A DNA stretch of 63,465 nucleotides, filler included, from Octopus bimaculoides (taxonomy: Eukaryota), in the NCBI RefSeq assembly GCF_001194135.2. It is 5 parts of 3 records of this genome, joined end to end, with 100 filler letters (N's around TTAATTAATTAA, not from the genome) between each part and the next. Parts side by side here need not be neighbours in the genome. Positions count along the whole stretch, not along the records: positions 56,071 to 63,465 come from NC_068984.1; 4 more parts are not named here. One strand, given 5' to 3'. Under the pieces are notes generated by a model that saw nothing but the letters and a program-made list of their open reading frames with translations, did no database searches and was not told where the DNA came from. The position numbers and the translations under genes were made by a program. How positions within the stretch are numbered: the first letter of the stretch is position 1; each line of letters begins with the position of its first letter. Of the stretch, positions 60,980 to 63,465 are shown piece after piece.

Positions 60980-63103
60980 ATCACTCCGTTGATAAGCCCT
61001 TAGATGACTTTTAAGATCAGCTGCCGACTGACAGGGTTTAAAACACAAGTGACAGACATTATTCAAGTTTCTTCTATATCTTTGCCCTTTGGAATCCGAT
61101 GCTGAAGGAATGTTTTCGTGAACTAACATATGTCTTTTAAATCCAGATGTTGTCTTACAAGTTTTTTGACATGACGCAAGTCGTAAGAGGCAGTTGGTGT
61201 CCAAGATCATTACCTATCTGGGCATTACGATTTTCATGTGAGTTCAGAACACGGTTACATATAATACATACCCAATGTTCACTGTTGATTACAGTTCCAA
61301 TTGTTCCTTTGCGACAGATCCTTATAAGTTCAGAGTGCTGAATCATCTTTTTCTCTCAGGCATCGTAACCAGTCCTAACAGCACCTCTCCACTTGTTCCG
61401 GTCTAGAACATCATTTTCCCAATCACTTTTGTTCATATCTAGTTTCTTCAAGTTTTCCTTCCCACAGTTTTTATACCTTTTCCTCGGCTTATGTTGTGGT
61501 CGCTTACCAGATTTTGAGCTCACCATAAAAACGCTCGTCTTTCATTCTAATAACACGTCCAGTCCATCTCATTTGAGCCAATATAACATGTTGTTCAATT
61601 GAGATGCAACGTGCCATGCGCAAAACCTTTGTATCTGGTATGAAACATTGCCACTCGACTCCTAAGATACGTCTGAGGCACTTTCGATGAAATCTCTCCA
61701 GCATTTTTATATGTAAGTGGCCCATGTCTCACTTGAATAAAGAAGTGCAGACAATACACACACTTTATAGACATTGATTTTTGTCTGCAGGGAAATACCT
61801 CTATCCGTCCATACTCGCTTTTCGAGCTTTCCAAATGCAACACTTCCCTTCCCTATTCGATAGTATATCTCTGCATCAAAACTACCATCTCTTGACAGTG
61901 TGCTTCCTAGGTAAACAAAGGTGTCAATGACTTCTGATCTTGTTCCATTCACCGAAATGTTTGGTTCAGAATATATTTGTCCTGGCACGGGAGTAAACAT
62001 TATTTTGATTTTCCCTAGACTAATTGTGAGTCCGAAATGTACACATGCAGTAGAAAATCTGTCCATTAAATATCGCACATCCTACTCTGAATGTGACAAC
62101 AAATCAGCATCATCAGCATAAAGTAATTCTCTAACAAGTATTTTGAAAGTCTTTGCTTTGCAGTTAAACTGGGTCAAATTAAAAATACGACCAGATGTCC
62201 GAAATCTGATTCCGATTCCTCTGTTGTAATCCTTGAAAGCATACCAAAGCAATGCAGCAAAATATATAGAGAAAAGTGTAAGGGCAGGAATACCTCCCTG
62301 CTTGACACCGTTGTCCATCAAATATTTATGAGATAGCTTACCATTAAAGACTACCTGAGCTTTCATGTCTCTGTGTAGTTCCTTAAAGATGCTCACAAAA
62401 TGTGTTGGGCAACCAAGTTTATACAAAACAATGCACAGTATTTCCCTGTTTACCATGTCAAATGCCTTAGTTAAATCTATATAGGTATAGTGGCATATCA
62501 TGTCCAATTTTCCACGTTCAGGTCTGAAACCACACTATTCTTCAGGAATCACATGTGGACACACATTCTCAACAAGACAATCTAATATGATCCTTGAAAG
62601 TATCTTCCCGGTATTTTCCAAGAGAGTTATCCCTCTAGAATTACCACACACTGCTTTTGGGCCCTTACCCTTGTATATAGAGATTAGAATGCCATTTATC
62701 CATTCCTGTGACACAGCAGATTCATTCCAAATTCGAGTTATCAGGTTATGAATTTCAGATGAAATATGATCCCCACCTGCTTTCGGAATTTCAACTGGAA
62801 TACTATCCAAGCCAGGAGCTTTACCTGATCTAAGGTTACATAATGCCAGATTTACTTCTTCAATGGAAGGTGTATCATTCATGTGTTGCACTATCTCTCT
62901 TTGCGGAATGCTGTTTATGATACCCATGTTCACTACAGACAGATTGTGGAAAAGATCTGCAAAGTATTCTCTCAATCTATTCATTATTCCAGGAGGATTT
63001 TTAATAACTTCATTTCCATCTTTCGATTTCAAGGGAACATATGATGATGAAAATTGTGGTTCAATAGCTTGCCGCAATAAACTATAGAAACTTCTAATGT
63101 TTT
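60980..63103 (-). mobile_element. RTE LINE (BovB-like), disrupted, different family from 4221-9827
   Basis: GKAPGLDSIP, RGITLL, IDLTKAFD, GVKQG, LLYADD, FVYLGS and LLYSSETW motifs; C-terminal C2H2-like motifs. Confidence 0.92.
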
Positions 63104-63465
63104 TGTAAGGGACGACCGTGCGAACTCAAAAAGGAGAAATGGTGACGAATGGAAGAAACAGAGGACTCCTTTTATTTAAACGTGTCACACGGTCGAACAT
63201 ACAAATATATATCAAAGATGATATACATGATATGTTATGCGACGATAACATAGATGACCAGTAATGAAAGACCACAACCGTATTAGATGAATAACAGAGA
63301 TATTTATTGTAGCGTTAAAGATGTATGTCTGTGTGAGAGTGTGAATGCGACATATAAGAACATAATCAAAGACAGGCCGTCATACAAAGAAAAGTGTGTA
63401 TGTGAGTGATACATGTGTGTATGAGTGTTTACAGCAGATAGAAAGAGAGTCAATAACACGTGAGC
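63104..63465 (-). mobile_element. LTR of the 1221-2297 family, truncated by the window end
   Basis: TGTAAGGGACGACCGTGCGAAC...GTGTCACACGGTCGAACA aligns with 1221-1305; interrupts the RTE ORF at NIRSFYSLLRQ. Confidence 0.75.

Overview
AT-rich, microsatellite-dense animal genomic DNA with many N-gaps. The repeat families look to me like those of an octopod cephalopod; this is recognition, not a verified search. (1) At least seven plus-strand coding exons (10384-18947) splice in frame into the C-terminal half of an ADAMTS-like (M12B-type) secreted protein: disintegrin-like Cys-rich domain, two PLAC-like six-Cys modules with no TSP1 repeat between them and that domain, a Thr-rich stalk and a basic tail. 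The catalytic exons were not found in the window. (2) Three Penelope-like element (PLE) remnants with GIY-YIG endonuclease are present, together with seven hammerhead-ribozyme (HHR) motifs in three sequence families. One PLE has an inverted, HHR-bearing pseudo-LTR at its 5' end. Two HHR units occur with no adjacent coding remnant. (3) Other mobile DNA: a 1077-bp solo LTR with a 4-bp TSD inside the PLE endonuclease, three RTE LINEs, RLE-type non-LTR 3' fragments (four of them beside (TAA)n tracts), mariner remnants, several MITEs and hairpins, and many tRNA-derived SINEs. (4) A CpG-rich candidate promoter near 58.1-58.2 kb with paired NRF1-like sites and a YY1-like ATG. All calls were made by eye, and repeat boundaries are approximate unless TSDs or splice sites are quoted.
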